Notes: generated from the letters alone by a model not told the origin. A stretch of DNA of 64,000 nucleotides from Octopus sinensis (GCF_006345805.1 NC_042998.1:149730001-149794000); one strand, 5' to 3'. Positions 1 through 12,430 are shown, counted from the stretch's first letter. Numbers and translations: made by a program.

Positions 1-1545
1 CTCTAATAATATTGAAAAAATCAAACGAAATTTATACTGACTAAAATGTATTACAGCTGCAAGCATTATACAAATTTGGAACTCAAAACAATAAACATTT
101 TCAAAGATATGAATGAGATATTAATTTTCAAACGATACAAAATTACGTACACCCTAATAGAAATTTGCTATATTCAATATTTGGTGTGACCGCCCTTACT
201 TTCAAAGACAGCATAGAGTCGACTAAATTTCTGCATATAACCAATGAAATCGACCTCCGTTCATCCTGAATGATGTCTTTCAACTGTGTTACATTGTGTG
301 TCTTTTCTCCTCAACCTTCCTTTTCACAAGGACTTGCAGATGTTCTCTTAGGTTTAAATCAGTTGACATGGTAGTCCAAAGGAATACCTTTACGTTTTAT
401 CTGATAAAAACTTAGTTCTCTTTGAAGTGTGTTTTGGTTCATAATCATGTTGGAGCATGGAATGTCTTCCTAGTTCCTTAATGTTTTTCAACATTGTTTT
501 CTGCAATATGTCACAACAAATCCTTGAATCCATTGTTCTCTCAATAAATCCGAGTCCTCCCAGACCAGCTGCACTCATGCATCCCCAAAGTATAACACTT
601 CCTCCGCTGTGTTTTGCAGTAGGCACAGTGCATTTGTCGCTATTATTCTCACCTGATCGTCGCCATACTCATTTAATACCATTTGACCTAAACAAGTTGA
701 TTTTAGTCTCATCAGAACAAAGAATTGTATTCCAAAACTCCTTCCTCTTACTCACATAAGTTTCAGCAAAAGAAAGATGACTTGGTTTATGCCTCGTAGT
801 AAGGAGAGGCTTCCTACGAGGAATGCATCCATGAAGACCACACTGGTTTAAACTTCGACGAACTGTTTGGACGGATTCGCTCTTTCCATTAAGAGAAGAC
901 ACTTCTTGAGCCAAAGGTGAACCGGTACGACTCCTGTCTTCCATCACGTTGGAAGGACGATCTGAACGATGTCTATTGCTTAGCCGTCCAGCATCTTTGT
1001 GCTTCTGAATTACTTTGGCAACTGTGTTTACGCTAATATGTATTCGTTTGCTAATTAATTTGTACCCTAAACCATTTTTGTGCAAATTAAAAATAATTTT
1101 CTTAAAATCTTCGGACAAATCTTTTCCTTTTGGTGCCATTTTAACCACAATGAACAAGATTTTTACCACAGTACACATATCAGAATTCTTGTAGATGCAA
1201 TAACAATGACCGGTGCAAAAATGCGAGGAGAAATAATTTATTAGAATTGAAATTATCAGCAATATCTGAATTTAATAAAAAAAAAAAAGTAAAGAAAGTG
1301 GATAGAATATTGAATATAGCAAATCTCCTTTAAGCTGTACATATTTTTTAACGTTTAAAATTTAATATTTCGTTCATATCTTTGAAAATGTTTATTGTTT
1401 TGTGTTCCAAATTTGTATAATGGTTGCATGTATAATATATTTTATTCAATATAAATTTCGTTTGATTTCCTTCGACAGTATCAGCCTAATGGCAATTTTA
1501 CTGAAATATGTTAGGGGTATACATATTTCTGTGAGATATTGTGTA
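1..1545 (-). mobile_element. Tc1-family DNA transposon with long (>200 bp) inverted repeats, decayed; left end runs off the window
   Basis: 1-180 is the approximate reverse complement of ~1306-1485 (e.g. aaatcaaacgaaatttata / ataaatttcgtttgatttc; aaacattttcaaagatatgaa). Right terminus reads ...ttaggggtatacatatttctgtgagatattgtgTA. Transposase remnant lies between the repeats. Confidence 0.9.
174..1139 (-). pseudogene. Tc1 DDE transposase, frameshifted
   Basis: MAPKGKDLSEDFKK HTH start, RRKPLL, WNTILCSDETKINLF (first D), KHSGGSVILWGCM, QHDYEPKHTS (second D), degenerate SPDLN..EH, ends GGHTKY*. Split across ORFs 669..1262 and 390..626. Confidence 0.9.
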
Positions 1546-1592
1546 TACATACACACACACACACACAACACAAACACACACACACACACACA

Positions 1593-1623
<31 letters not shown>

Positions 1624-1765
1624 CATATGAATGTTCAATTTATAGGAAAGATCCACAGGAACAATTACAAGGTAGCCAGATGTCACATAAGCGTCCTAGG
1701 AATTAGTGATCACACTTGCGTGGGAGTTAATTCTGCGCAGAAGTGAGACGTGTTTGGAGAACATA

Positions 1766-2020
1766 AGAATAAAGGAAAATGGAAACAACCGCTCAAGATG
1801 TTATTTAAATCATTTATATCACCACATCACCGACATATGTTTCGATAGATGCATCAAAATAAATTCGAGAATGAATAATGTGGAGCAGTGCATCAATCTT
1901 ATCAGGGAGGTTATAAACAACAGTGTGCATTAATAAGTCATTTTAACAGATCTCGGTGATATGGTGATATAAATGGTTTAAATAACACCTTGGGCGTTTG
2001 TATCCATTTTCCATTATTCT
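1766..2020. mobile_element. MITE-like element with ~75-bp terminal inverted repeats
   Basis: agaataaaggaaaatggaaacaaccgctcaagatgttatttaaatcatttatatcaccacatcaccga pairs with tcggtgatatggtgatataaatggtttaaataacaccttgggcgtttgtatccattttccattattct. Confidence 0.75.
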
Positions 2021-2265
2021 ACACACACACATACATATATATACATACACATATATGTATATAGTTCATGCTACGCGGTGCACGGTATCAGAATCTTTTG
2101 ACGCGAAACAAGTATAACATGGTACTGCAAATGGTTGATAGAACATCCGCGTAAGTGGAGTCAAGACTAATTAGTTTGTATTGGCATGGATCGTATTCGT
2201 TGTAATAATGAAGTTAAAATTTCAAAGTTTGATTTTACTTCATTTATAGAATAATATACGCACGC

Positions 2266-2268
2266 ACG

Positions 2269-2356
<88 letters not shown>

Positions 2357-2386
2357 AACAAACAAACAAACAAACAAACAAACAAA
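2266..2386. repeat. (CA)n/(CAAA)n microsatellite
   Basis: Direct reading. Confidence 0.95.
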
Positions 2387-2724
2387 TACGAACACACAAT
2401 CTTATAATAAAAGACTCCACAGCTCTTGTAAATACAGTACCCAGGGTTTCCTGACCAACATAATAATTTATTCCACCATTCATCAAGCTGAAAACAAAAC
2501 CGTTTGTCAGTTGTCTTTTGGGCAGATAACGTTTAAACAAGAAACGCTTGTGAAGACAAAAAAGCAAAAGACAAGGGAGATAATCAATGTTACAATAATT
2601 CGATGTCAAGTAGACGTGATCCAGATGTTAGATTTACTAAGGTTCCGGTAGTCTACTTTTAAATTCCGACAAGATGTATTTCTTGAAATGCGGACATACT
2701 GAAAAAATCTCCATTATTTGCAGT

Positions 2725-2824
2725 ATATACATTTGACGGATATTTGTCCTCATCTTATGAGTGGTTAAGAGCGCGGGCTACTAACCCCAAGATTGTTCGA
2801 TTCCAGGCAGTGACCTGAATAATG

Positions 2825-2863
<39 letters not shown>

Positions 2864-2885
2864 TAATAATAATAATAATAATAAT

Positions 2886-2925
<40 letters not shown>

Positions 2926-2952
2926 GCAACAACAATAATAATAATAATAATA
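2725..2952 (+). mobile_element. 5' part of tRNA-headed hammerhead element (remnant inverted arm + tRNA-like head + (AAT/AAC)n), split by the LINE
   Basis: gtggttaagagcgcgggctactaaccccaagattgttcgattccaggcagtgacctgaataat matches 44251-44320; catttgacggatatttgtcctcatctt is the approximate reverse complement of 7734-7760. Confidence 0.8.
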
Positions 2953-3354
2953 ACACCGGGGACGTTAAACATGGAGATTACATTTGGGATGTTAAACATG
3001 GAGATTACACCGGGGACGTTAAACATGTGAGAGTGATAAAACAGTGCTCCGAAATCTATCCACAAACATCGGAAACAAAGACATCGTATGGAGCTAAAAA
3101 ATAACTGACAAAGGAATGGACTATATCCGAGTAAGTAATACTCATTGAAATTTATTACTATTTTCAAAGCGAAATGATGTATTTTAACTCGATATCATCT
3201 CCACCTCTAACACAACACATGTAAACATGCTTGATACATTACGATCCATCAACACCAGATCATCTCCGGCCCCAAACACTATGTACAAAAAAACTACGAA
3301 TAAATTAAATAATACCGGTATTATTCAACCCAAGAATAACAATCGGGAAGAACG

Positions 3355-3575
3355 TACTCTCTTTACTCTTTTACTCTTTTACTTGTTTCAGTCATTTGAC
3401 TGCGGCCATGCTGGAGCACCGCCTTTAATCGAGCAACTCGACCCCGGGACTTATTCTTTTGTATGCCCAGTACTTATTCTATCGGTCTCTTTTGCCGAAC
3501 CGCTAAGTAACGGGGACATAAACACACCAGCATTGGTTGTCAAGCAATGCTAGGGGGTCAAACACAGACACACAA

Positions 3576-3612
<37 letters not shown>

Positions 3613-3772
3613 CATATGTACGACAGGCTTCTTTCAGTTTCCGTCTACCAAATCCACTCACAAGGCATTGGTCGGCCCGGGGCTATAGCAGAAGACACTT
3701 GCCCAAGATGCCACGCAGTGGGACTGAACCCGGAACCATGTGGTTGGTTAGCAAGCTACTTACCACACAGCC
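3355..3772 (-). mobile_element. tRNA-derived SINE inserted in the LINE ORF
   Basis: Minus strand: ggctgtgtggtaagtagcttgc...ggttccgggttcagtccc (A/B boxes), ttgggcaagtgtcttc, tail (AAAAGAGT)n. Related copy at 41815-42145. Confidence 0.85.
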
Positions 3773-6534
3773 ACAACATAAAATGTGCGAAAAACTACAC
3801 GTGCAAAACAATGTGACAACAGAAATGAACGGACCGGTACCCTACGAAAATGACGACCGTCAAAATAATGGGCCGGACGTTGTTCCTCATGTCCCGCAAA
3901 TAAAACCCAAAAGACATAAATGGACATGTGAGGAATACATTTCTATCTTACACGCTTACTTCACAGCAGTGCTCTACCCAAAACATGAAAACACAACACA
4001 TACATATAAAATATGGATGGAAAATAACATAAATATAGACTTGGATACAGCAATGAACCCTAATAAACTAGCTAACGTACGAAGATACATTCTCAACGCA
4101 AAAAGAAATATCAGAAATAGAAACAGAACATCTAAAAGAAAAAATATACCAGGAAAATGTAGATAGAAGCCACACAACAATGCCCAATAATATAAACACT
4201 GAAACAGTAAAACACGAAGACAAACGTAACATTCCCAACAAACACGATGTAAACAAAAAACAACAAACCCAGACCGTAAGGATGCATAATAATACACGAC
4301 AAACAGCAAGCCAAAACACGACAAACAAACATATGGATGAGATAGAAAGCGACACAAATCTAAAACCTGGAAACAACGAAGGGGAGCCTAATGATTATGA
4401 AACTATAAAAAGTAGAATAATCAAAGAACTGAAAACCACAGAGCTCAAAATGGACCACCGACCATACCTCCCAAAAATCAAAATAGACGAAACAACAACA
4501 CCAATTATAAACAGCATAAACCTAGCCGTCACGGAACTAATAGCCACTGAAACAAAAAGCGATATCACTGAGCTAAATGACTTAGTATACGCAGCAGCCA
4601 CTGCAACCACAAATGAAGCTGGATACTCACTCAAACCCATCCAAACAGGAGTACCAACACCCAAACAAACCCTGTGGATAAATAACATCCAAAACAAAAT
4701 ACAAAAAATGAGAAAAGATCTGTCGATTCTTAATGAAATCAGTAGACAATCAACGCGACTGAGCAACAAAAAGAAAACCGCAAATACAACACCACAGAAA
4801 AAGATTTACCTCAGATAAAAGAAAAGCTGAAGCAATATATCCTTGCCAAAGCACAAAGGATCCGCCGGTACGAGAAACGCCAACGTTTCTTTGAACAAAA
4901 CAAACAGTTCAACTCCAACCCCAAAAAGTTCTACCAAGAACATGGCAAAAATAAAATAGAAATCACTGCAGCACCAACGGCAGAAGAAGTGGAAGAATTC
5001 TGGAGAGAAATGTGGTCGGCGAACGAACAACCAAAAAAAAGGAGTATTAAAACGACAAACACAGCATCTGAGCAACTTTGGACCCCCATAACAACTGAAG
5101 AGGTCACCCAGGCACTGCAAAGACTAAGCAACTGGAAAGCACCTGGGCATGACAAGATCCCCAACTTCTGGTTGAAATATCTAACAGGAATGCACAAAAA
5201 GCTGGCTGAAAATTTTAACAACATACTGGCAGAGCCAGAGACAATGCCTGAAAGGCTCACGAAGGGGAAAACCATCTTAATTCCCAAATCAAATGAAACA
5301 GCAAAACCAGAAAACTACAGACCTATAACCTGTTTCCCTACAATGTACAAAGCATTTACTGCAGTAATATTGCAAAGATTGAACAAGCACCTGGACGAAA
5401 ACAACCTGTTTCCAGAAGAGCAGAAAGGATGCCGCAAAGGCTCATATGGCTGTAAAGATCAACTAATGATTAATAAAGCCATAACTGAAGACAGCCACAG
5501 AAAGAAGAAAGGCCTCAGTATGGCCTGGATCGACTACAAAAAGGCGTTTGATAGCATCCCCCACACATGGATTCTCGAAACATTAGCCATGAACAAAGTT
5601 GCACCAACAATTATAAAGTACATAGGACACTCTATGAATAAATGACAAACAGTGATACAGCTCCAAACAAAAGAAGGACTTGTGAAAACCAAAGCCATCC
5701 CCATTAAAAGAAGAATATTCCAGGGAGATACGCTCTCTCCACTCCTTTTCTACTTGTCACTGTCACCTCTATCGGATGTGCTAAACAGAACTGGATGCGG
5801 ATATAAATGTTACGGCAAAACGATCAGCCACCTTTTATATATGGATGACCTAAAACTATACGCTACAAATGACAAACAGCTGGAAACACTACTAAAGACA
5901 GTTCATGGATTTACCAAAGAAATAGATATGAAATTTGGATTAGAGAAATGCGCCAAAGTAACCCTGAAAAGAGGAAAACTAATTAAGAGTAGCAACATCA
6001 CACTAGATAAAACCAATGAAATAAAAGAATTAGACCAAAGCCAAAGTTACAAATACTTAGGAATCCATGAACTAGATAAGATACAACACACACAAATGAA
6101 AGAGAAAATAAAAAAAAGAATATTATAGACGAGTCAGATCAATACTGAAAACAGAGCTCAATGCTAAAAACAAGATAATAGGTATCAACACTTTAGCTGT
6201 CCCAGTTATAAGTTACAGCTACAATATCCTTAACTGGACACTAAATGAACTGACTAAAATAGATAGGAAAACAAGAAAAATAATGACAGGATCTAGGATG
6301 CATCACCCAAAATCTGACATAGAAAGGCTATATATACAACGTATAGATGGTGTTAGAGGCCTTATAGAGCTGGAAAACTACTATAAAATAACCACCATAG
6401 GACTGCAAAAATATCTACTTCAGAAGGAAGGAAAACTGATACAATAGCGGCAAAACACGAGCAAAACAAAAAAGTGTCCTCAGTATTTAAGGAAGCTGAC
6501 AAATACAAACAAGAAATCATACCACCTAACAAAT

Positions 6535-6693
6535 TGAAGAGAAGAAGAAGAAGAAGAAGAAGAAGAAGAAGAAGAAGAAGAAGAAGAAGAGAATAAGAAG
6601 AGAAGAAGAAGAAGAAGAAGAAGAAGAAGAATGAAGAAGAAGAAGAAAAGAAGAAGAAGAAGAGAAGAAGAAGAAGAAGAAGAAGAAGAAGAA
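6535..6693. repeat. (GAA)n expansion inside the LINE coding region
   Basis: Direct reading. Confidence 0.95.
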
Positions 6694-7612
6694 ACAACAA
6701 AAGCTATAAAAAAATGAAATCCAAACTAAAAATAGAACAGCAACGAACCATGATAAAATGATGGCAAGAAAAGCCCCTTCATGACAAATACTGGACTAAA
6801 CTAAACGTAAAAGAAATAGACAAAGAAAAATCCCAACAATGATTGAGAAGCTCAGGACTCAAAGCAGAGACAGAAGGATTTTTAATTGCTGCACAAGACC
6901 AAAGCCTCCCCACCAGAAATACCAAAACCATGTAATGAAAAGAAATATAACAAGTAACTGCAGGATATGTGGTGATGGACAAGAAACAATAAATCATATT
7001 ATCTCTGGCTGCCCAGTCCTGGTTAAGAAGGAATATATTCACAGACACGACAGAGTTGGGACCTATATACACTGGAAACTATGCCAACATTATGGAATAA
7101 CAACAGAAAAAAGATGGTATAGGCACACACCAGAAAAGGTCACAGAGAACGAGAAAGCAACCATATTCTGGTATATGCCAATACACACAGATAGAGAAAT
7201 TAAGGCCAACAAACCAGATATAGTTGTCAGAGATCATGAAGAAAAAAAATGTTTTCTAATTGGTGTATCAATACCAGCGGATGACAACGTGTCTCTAAAA
7301 GAAATGAAGAAACTTCAAAATACAAGACCTGGAAATAGAGGTAACCAGAATGTGGAATCTAAAAGCAGAAACAATTCCTATCATAATAGGTGCATTAGGC
7401 ATGATAAAAAAATATTCAGACAAATACATAACAAAAACACCAGGACTTACAAACACATATAACATACAGAAAATTGCACTACTAGGCACTGCACACATCC
7501 TACGCAGAACACTTTCCATACAATAACCATCAGAGCATCACAACAAATCACAGCACATACCCAAGGCACACAGAGCTGCCCTCGGCACGATATAAAAAAT
7601 ATACTACGGAAA

Positions 7613-7810
7613 AATAATAATAACAACAACATCGAAAAATGCCTTAGGAATGAGAACCCAGGTTCGAAATTTCCCAAGGCAGCTGATGAAGGCTGGAGGG
7701 TGTATCAGCCGAAACGTTGTGTTAACAACAAACAAGATGGGGACAAATATCCTTCAAATGTAAATAATGTAAATAATGTACGTAATTCCCCATCTCTTAA
7801 ATACAGAACA
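7613..7810 (+). mobile_element. 3' part of tRNA-headed hammerhead element
   Basis: ccttaggaatgagaacccaggttcgaaatttccc...gacaaatatcc matches 44380-44500. Confidence 0.85.
7678..7723 (+). ncRNA. Minimal type-I hammerhead ribozyme motif (family A), stem I weakened
   Basis: CUGAUGA-A-GGCUGG(agggugua)UCAGCC-GAAA-CG-UU-GUGUU. Confidence 0.65.
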
Positions 7811-7925
7811 AAAAAATAAAAATTCCTCAAATTTATGTATTCATCGGAGGTTCTCAAGTTTTGTAAGAGGTACAGTTTCTTGAACCCGTTGATATAGGGG
7901 TTGGTGAATGTCACATCACTGTAGC

Positions 7926-8120
7926 TCAAATTCTCATCATGGTAGCTAAAATTGTTACAAGTTTTCCTTCCACGGTTCCAATATAACGTTTGACATGTGT
8001 ACGACTATTGTCGTTGTCCATTGAAACCTGTGCTTCATAAACAACGGAACATATATCGCACTTCTGACCTAGAGGACATTTAGATTTGTTTCTACTTGCA
8101 AACTCTAACGCATTACGTTG
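7926..8120 (-). pseudogene. Penelope-like GIY-YIG endonuclease fragment
   Basis: CPLGQKCDICSVVYEAQV...KRYIGTVEG. Confidence 0.65.
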
Positions 8121-8299
8121 ACCAAAGTGTAGGCTAATTAATCCATTTAAAATTGAACTAGGTTTAGCAAGCAAACAAATTTTAAGAAACATTAATAACA
8201 AAATTAAGGAATCGTCGAACGCTATGGATTCCTTTTGAAAGCAATCAATTTCTGCCTTCAGCTCTTTAGGACTTATAATACCTGTCAATACCAACCTAG

Positions 8300-8660
8300 C
8301 TAGAACTGAAATTTTAGATGCTTCTTTAGATCTTACAACTAATCTATATAAGCCCTTCCATAACCCTAACGAGAATCTTAAACATATTAATAAACACTCC
8401 TGTCACCCACCTATGGTATTTAAAAACTTAATTCTAAGTATCAGCCAAAAGATCAAGTGCCTTTCTTCCTCTAAAGAAATATTGGAAAAGGCTGCCCCAT
8501 ATTATTAATAAGGCCCTACAGGGTAGTGGCTTTACAAGTAAAATCTTCTATCCCCACCACCTCCTATATCATCTAGTCGTAAGAATAGGTCTTCAAAGTT
8601 TTGTGGTTCGCTCCCCCACCCCTTTCTCCCCTTATGTAGGTAGAAGATTCATGCGCTTAC
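8300..8660 (+). pseudogene. Penelope-like RT thumb fragment
   Basis: ILDASLDL..LYKPFHNPNENLKHINKHSCHPPMVFKNL..SISQKIKCLSSSKE..EKAAPYY, translated by eye. Confidence 0.65.
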
Positions 8661-8778
8661 AAGATATGCAATATACGTAATATATTTATATAATGCGGTG
8701 TTGAGCACTCATTTTCACCGTTCGACATTTACGTGTGTGTGTATACTTTATTAAAAAGCAGTAAAAATATCACAGAAA

Positions 8779-8816
8779 CTGTTACTCAGAGTTTCCCGCT
8801 CCCGTTCGTCGGACAG
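8779..8816 (-). ncRNA. Degenerate hammerhead motif (family B)
   Basis: Minus: CUGU-CCGACGA-ACG GGAG CGG-GAAA-CUCUGAG-UA-ACAG; homologous to 10707-10744 and 60393-60438. Confidence 0.55.
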
Positions 8817-9099
8817 TGTTGTTTGGAATGGAACAAAATAAGGCTATATTCATAAATATACAATTAGTTTGATAGATACACATTTTAAAATGGTTTTATT
8901 TCATTGGTCCTTTCAACTAACGGTTGCATGAAATTACAATTGCGATTTAAAATTCCATTATTAGAAAAATCGAAGAAAACCTTAAATCAAAAATAGCTTA
9001 TGTAGAAGGTGAAAAGACCTGAATACCCTGGGCAAATAATTAGTGGTAAAATATTATTAATTTGAGCGACTCTCTACAAGTAGGAAGAAGAAACAGTTG

Positions 9100-9490
9100 A
9101 AAGAAATGGAACTTTACCCATTGTTTTTTCCCTAAAATTATACCCATCTCGGTGCAGAAACAATGCCTCAAAAGTCTTATTAAAAAAAACGGAGGATTTT
9201 ATCCGAAGAATAAAATCGAAAGCCTTTTTCTTTTTACATGAAGCAAAAATCTAACGGAAACAAATATGACTTTAAATCTTCAAAAGATCCACAACCTATT
9301 TCGGAAGTAGAAGCACTTGAAAAAGACTTTTTCGAAGAATTGAATTCCGCAAATTCAACAACCCACTCCAGAGATATATGAATGAAAAAACATAAAGAAC
9401 TCGGATAAAATCTTCGTAGACTCCGACACAACAAAAACTTATACGCGTTCAAATCTACGGAATACCTGAATTCTATTTACTGGGCAAAAT
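9100..9490 (+). pseudogene. Penelope-like ORF N-terminal fragment
   Basis: KIIPIS, YDFKSSKDPQPISEVEALEKDFFE resemble PLE N-terminal KNIPIP / FGFKS..PP.I.EL..FE.D motifs (recall). Confidence 0.5.
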
Positions 9491-9670
9491 GTTTCCTTAT
9501 TCTTTGTAAGTGTGTGTTTGTGTGTGCGTGCGCGCGCGCGTCTATGTGATGTACCTACATGAAGTGTGAGTCATGGTCGATGTTAAAGTCAATATTCTAC
9601 TCAACAGTTGCTTCGTTTTGACATGATTTTGTTATAACTCGAAAATATGGTTGACAAGACGAAAGGTAGA

Positions 9671-9671
<1 letters not shown>

Positions 9672-9714
<43 letters not shown>

Positions 9715-9896
9715 AGGAGGAGGAAGAGAAGGAGGAGGAGGAGAAAGAGGAGAGGGAGGAGGAGTAGAAGAAGAAGAAGAAGGAGGAGGAGAAGAAGAAG
9801 AAGAAAAAGAAGAAGAAGAAGAAGAAGAAGAAGAAGAAGAAGAAGAAGAAGAAGAAGAAGAAGAAGAAGAAGAAGAAGAAGAAGAAGAAGAAGAAG
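9672..9896. repeat. (GTA)n-(GGA)n-(GAA)n compound microsatellite
   Basis: Direct reading. Confidence 0.95.
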
Positions 9897-10282
9897 CCAG
9901 TAGGTTGTTAGTTCTTGAAGACCTCTTCACCCAATACTTAGTGATATTTCGTGATATATTTTAAACTCTTAGCCTTCTTCATTTCCAAATGAACCAAAAG
10001 TTTAATCGTGCCGCAACAACCAGTTTTCTCAGTTGACATGGCTTTCAACAAATTTACTTTGGTCTCTCATCGTCTTCAAGCACAGAAACACGATTTAGTC
10101 TTCTTTCTTATTTTTATATTTTATTCTCCTTCTCTTGTATTTTGTTTTAAACTTTTTTCTCTCGATTTTGTTGTTGTTTTTACTCTTTTTGCTAGATTTT
10201 CTGTATATTTTATCATTTACCGCCGTTGCTATTTTCTGGTTTTGTTTATACATTATATATAATTATTATATAGTATTTTATC

Positions 10283-10317
10283 CTCCTCTTCTTCTTCTTC
10301 TTCTTCTTCTTCTTCTT

Positions 10318-10348
<31 letters not shown>

Positions 10349-10436
10349 TCTTCTTCTTTTTCTTCTTCTTCTTTTCTTCTTCTCTTCTTCTTCTTCTTCT
10401 TCTTCTTCTTCTTCTTCTTCTTCTTCTTCTTCTTCA
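10283..10436. repeat. (CTT)n microsatellite
   Basis: Direct reading. Confidence 0.95.
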
Positions 10437-10542
10437 TTGCATGCTTCAGTTGACCTTTACTGTGTTTTCCTTTTTCTTTTATTCCTAACATCACCATTAC
10501 ATTTCTATCTATCTATCTATCTATATGTGTGTGTATGCATAT

Positions 10543-10632
<90 letters not shown>

Positions 10633-10776
10633 TATTATTAAAGCAGCAAAAACATCACAAAAACTGCTGCTCAGTGTTTTAATTTCCGGTTCGCCGGACA
10701 GATTTTCTGTCCGACGAACGGGAACGTGAAACTCTGAGTAGCAGTTTCTTATGATGTTTTTGCAGCTTTAATAATA
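10633..10776. repeat. Near-palindrome of two divergent family-B hammerhead units (PLE terminal repeat)
   Basis: tattattaaagcagcaaaaacatca...ggacaga|ttt|tctgtcc...tgatgtttttgcagctttaataata. Confidence 0.85.
10707..10744 (+). ncRNA. Type-I hammerhead motif (family B, U4C core variant)
   Basis: CUGU-CCGACGA-ACG GGAA CGU-GAAA-CUCUGAG-UA-GCAG. Confidence 0.6.
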
Positions 10777-11120
10777 AAGCATATTACTCGACCTCCGATA
10801 TTCGAGTACCCCCGGTATTCCCACCTAGTTTCATATTTATGTGCTTACTCCGGCATAGCTTCTTGCTTGGAGATGTGGATCTAGGAAGATTTTTATAACT
10901 CATCTTGCGTCTCCAAGCAGTTTACTGGTATATCCAATATACTGATACAAGAGATATCACGGAAAAAAATGAGAAAAAGGTAGACAACGGAAAAAGAAGA
11001 GAAAAGAAAAGAAAGGAAAAGAAAGAAAATTAGAGGTATGTCGCCTTTGACCGCAAAGCAATAATTAGTTATAGTGGAAGAATTCAACGGTGAAGTGCCC
11101 AAAGACTGCGAGACAACGCC

Positions 11121-11850
11121 TCAATCCGCTAAGAGTGGTGTTTTCCAGTTCCCTAAAAGAAATTTCTCAATATGTTTGTATTTGCTGAAAATTTCTGATC
11201 TGGAAATCAGTAGTACGGTGGCATTCTTAGATCCAAAAAGAATATGGTGTCTCTCAGTTACGCATAAGTTACATTCCTTATATCCATTAACATATTGCAT
11301 GAATTTGTCTATAATTCGTCTATAATTCACCACTTGACTGTATATGGAATCCAGTTTGTCTTCTAACTCCATAAGTGGCTAGCCAACTTAGTGGTTTTAG
11401 TTTTAGCGATGCACCGGAAATAAAATAAGTAGTCTTGCATAAAGTCCATTGAAATCGCCTTTACATGGCCCAATGTAATTTTTCTTTTCGGTTATTTCTG
11501 CCTCATATACAACAGAGTTTTCATACATGCTTGTCCGAGTGGGTAAGCTACAGCTGAGAGAGGGCACTTTGTGATCCTTACGTGTGATAATATTCTTGAT
11601 TTTGAGAATGCAGCTCTATATTTAAATCGAGCGTCTGTTAAAATATTCCTGTATTTTGGTTTACTGCGAAATGCTTATGTAAAAGAGACAGGAATTTCTT
11701 GCCTAAATTAAGTTTAACATTTAGGGAGAACTGGAAGGCGATCCATATTATTTCTAAAGTCTATTTTTAGGCCTCTTTTTATGATTTGTATTTTTACTTA
11801 AAAGATTGTGATGATATTTTTCTGTCACTGGATGGTGTATTTTATATCTA
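11121..11850 (-). pseudogene. Penelope-like GIY-YIG endonuclease / C-terminal region
   Basis: SVVYEAEI..KNYIG, then ECNLCVTERHHIL...RSEIFSKYKH..KFLL. Confidence 0.7.
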
Positions 11851-11853
11851 AAT

Positions 11854-11919
<66 letters not shown>

Positions 11920-12071
11920 GTATGTGTGTGTACATACGTATATATGCTAATCCTCATTTAATATTAAGTTATATATAAAAACAATTTATATACACACAAT
12001 ACAGACATACACTACATGCATACATACATGAAAAGCATACACGCATACATACTTACATGCATATATACATA

Positions 12072-12103
<32 letters not shown>

Positions 12104-12120
12104 CATACATACATACATAA

Positions 12121-12430
12121 CGGGAAAGTTTACGAAAATAAACAAAAGACGAAGGCAGGTGGAGTACAAACAAACAAATGTATTAGTATAACGCTCAGGA
12201 ATAGAAATAGAAAAAGTATTTTACGTTTCGAGCCTACGCTCTCAGACAGAAAGATACACAAAAAAAGAAGGAGAGAAACAAGGAGAGAAAAAATGCGTGT
12301 AGGAGCTAACGATCTATCATGGCGTTTTGACTTCGGACAGTGGTCAGACGCCAGAGGGACAGTAGGGGAGATAACAGGGTCAAGTGACTGCCAATACGAA
12401 GGTGCCCCCAACACAAAGGTGCGTGTGTGT
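12121..12430 (-). mobile_element. Solo Penelope terminal repeat (pLTR) with degenerate family-C hammerhead
   Basis: Closely similar to 24819-25120 and 31425-31612; contains ttttacgtttcgagcctacgctc. Confidence 0.8.

Larger units (their letters stand above)
3227..7525 (+). pseudogene. R4/Dong ORF (RT, CCHC, restriction-like endonuclease) with stops, frameshifts, a SINE insertion and a GAA expansion
   Basis: Successive ORF fragments 3227.., 3537.., 4180.., 4989.., 5652.., 6839.. Confidence 0.85.
2953..7612 (+). mobile_element. R4/Dong-like non-LTR retrotransposon (RT + C-terminal RLE), decayed, inserted in an (AAT)n tract
   Basis: N-terminal KWTCEEY..AYF, NWKAPGHDKIPNFWLK, YRPITC, WIDYKKAFDS, IFQGDTLSPLLF, HLLYMDDLKLY, CRICG..ETINHIISGC (CCHC), RHD, KPDIVV. 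Flanked by AAT/AAC repeats on both sides. Confidence 0.9.

Noticed and set aside
11030-11128. Possible decayed long-stem hammerhead after the PLE stop codon
   Set aside because: Neither core box is intact
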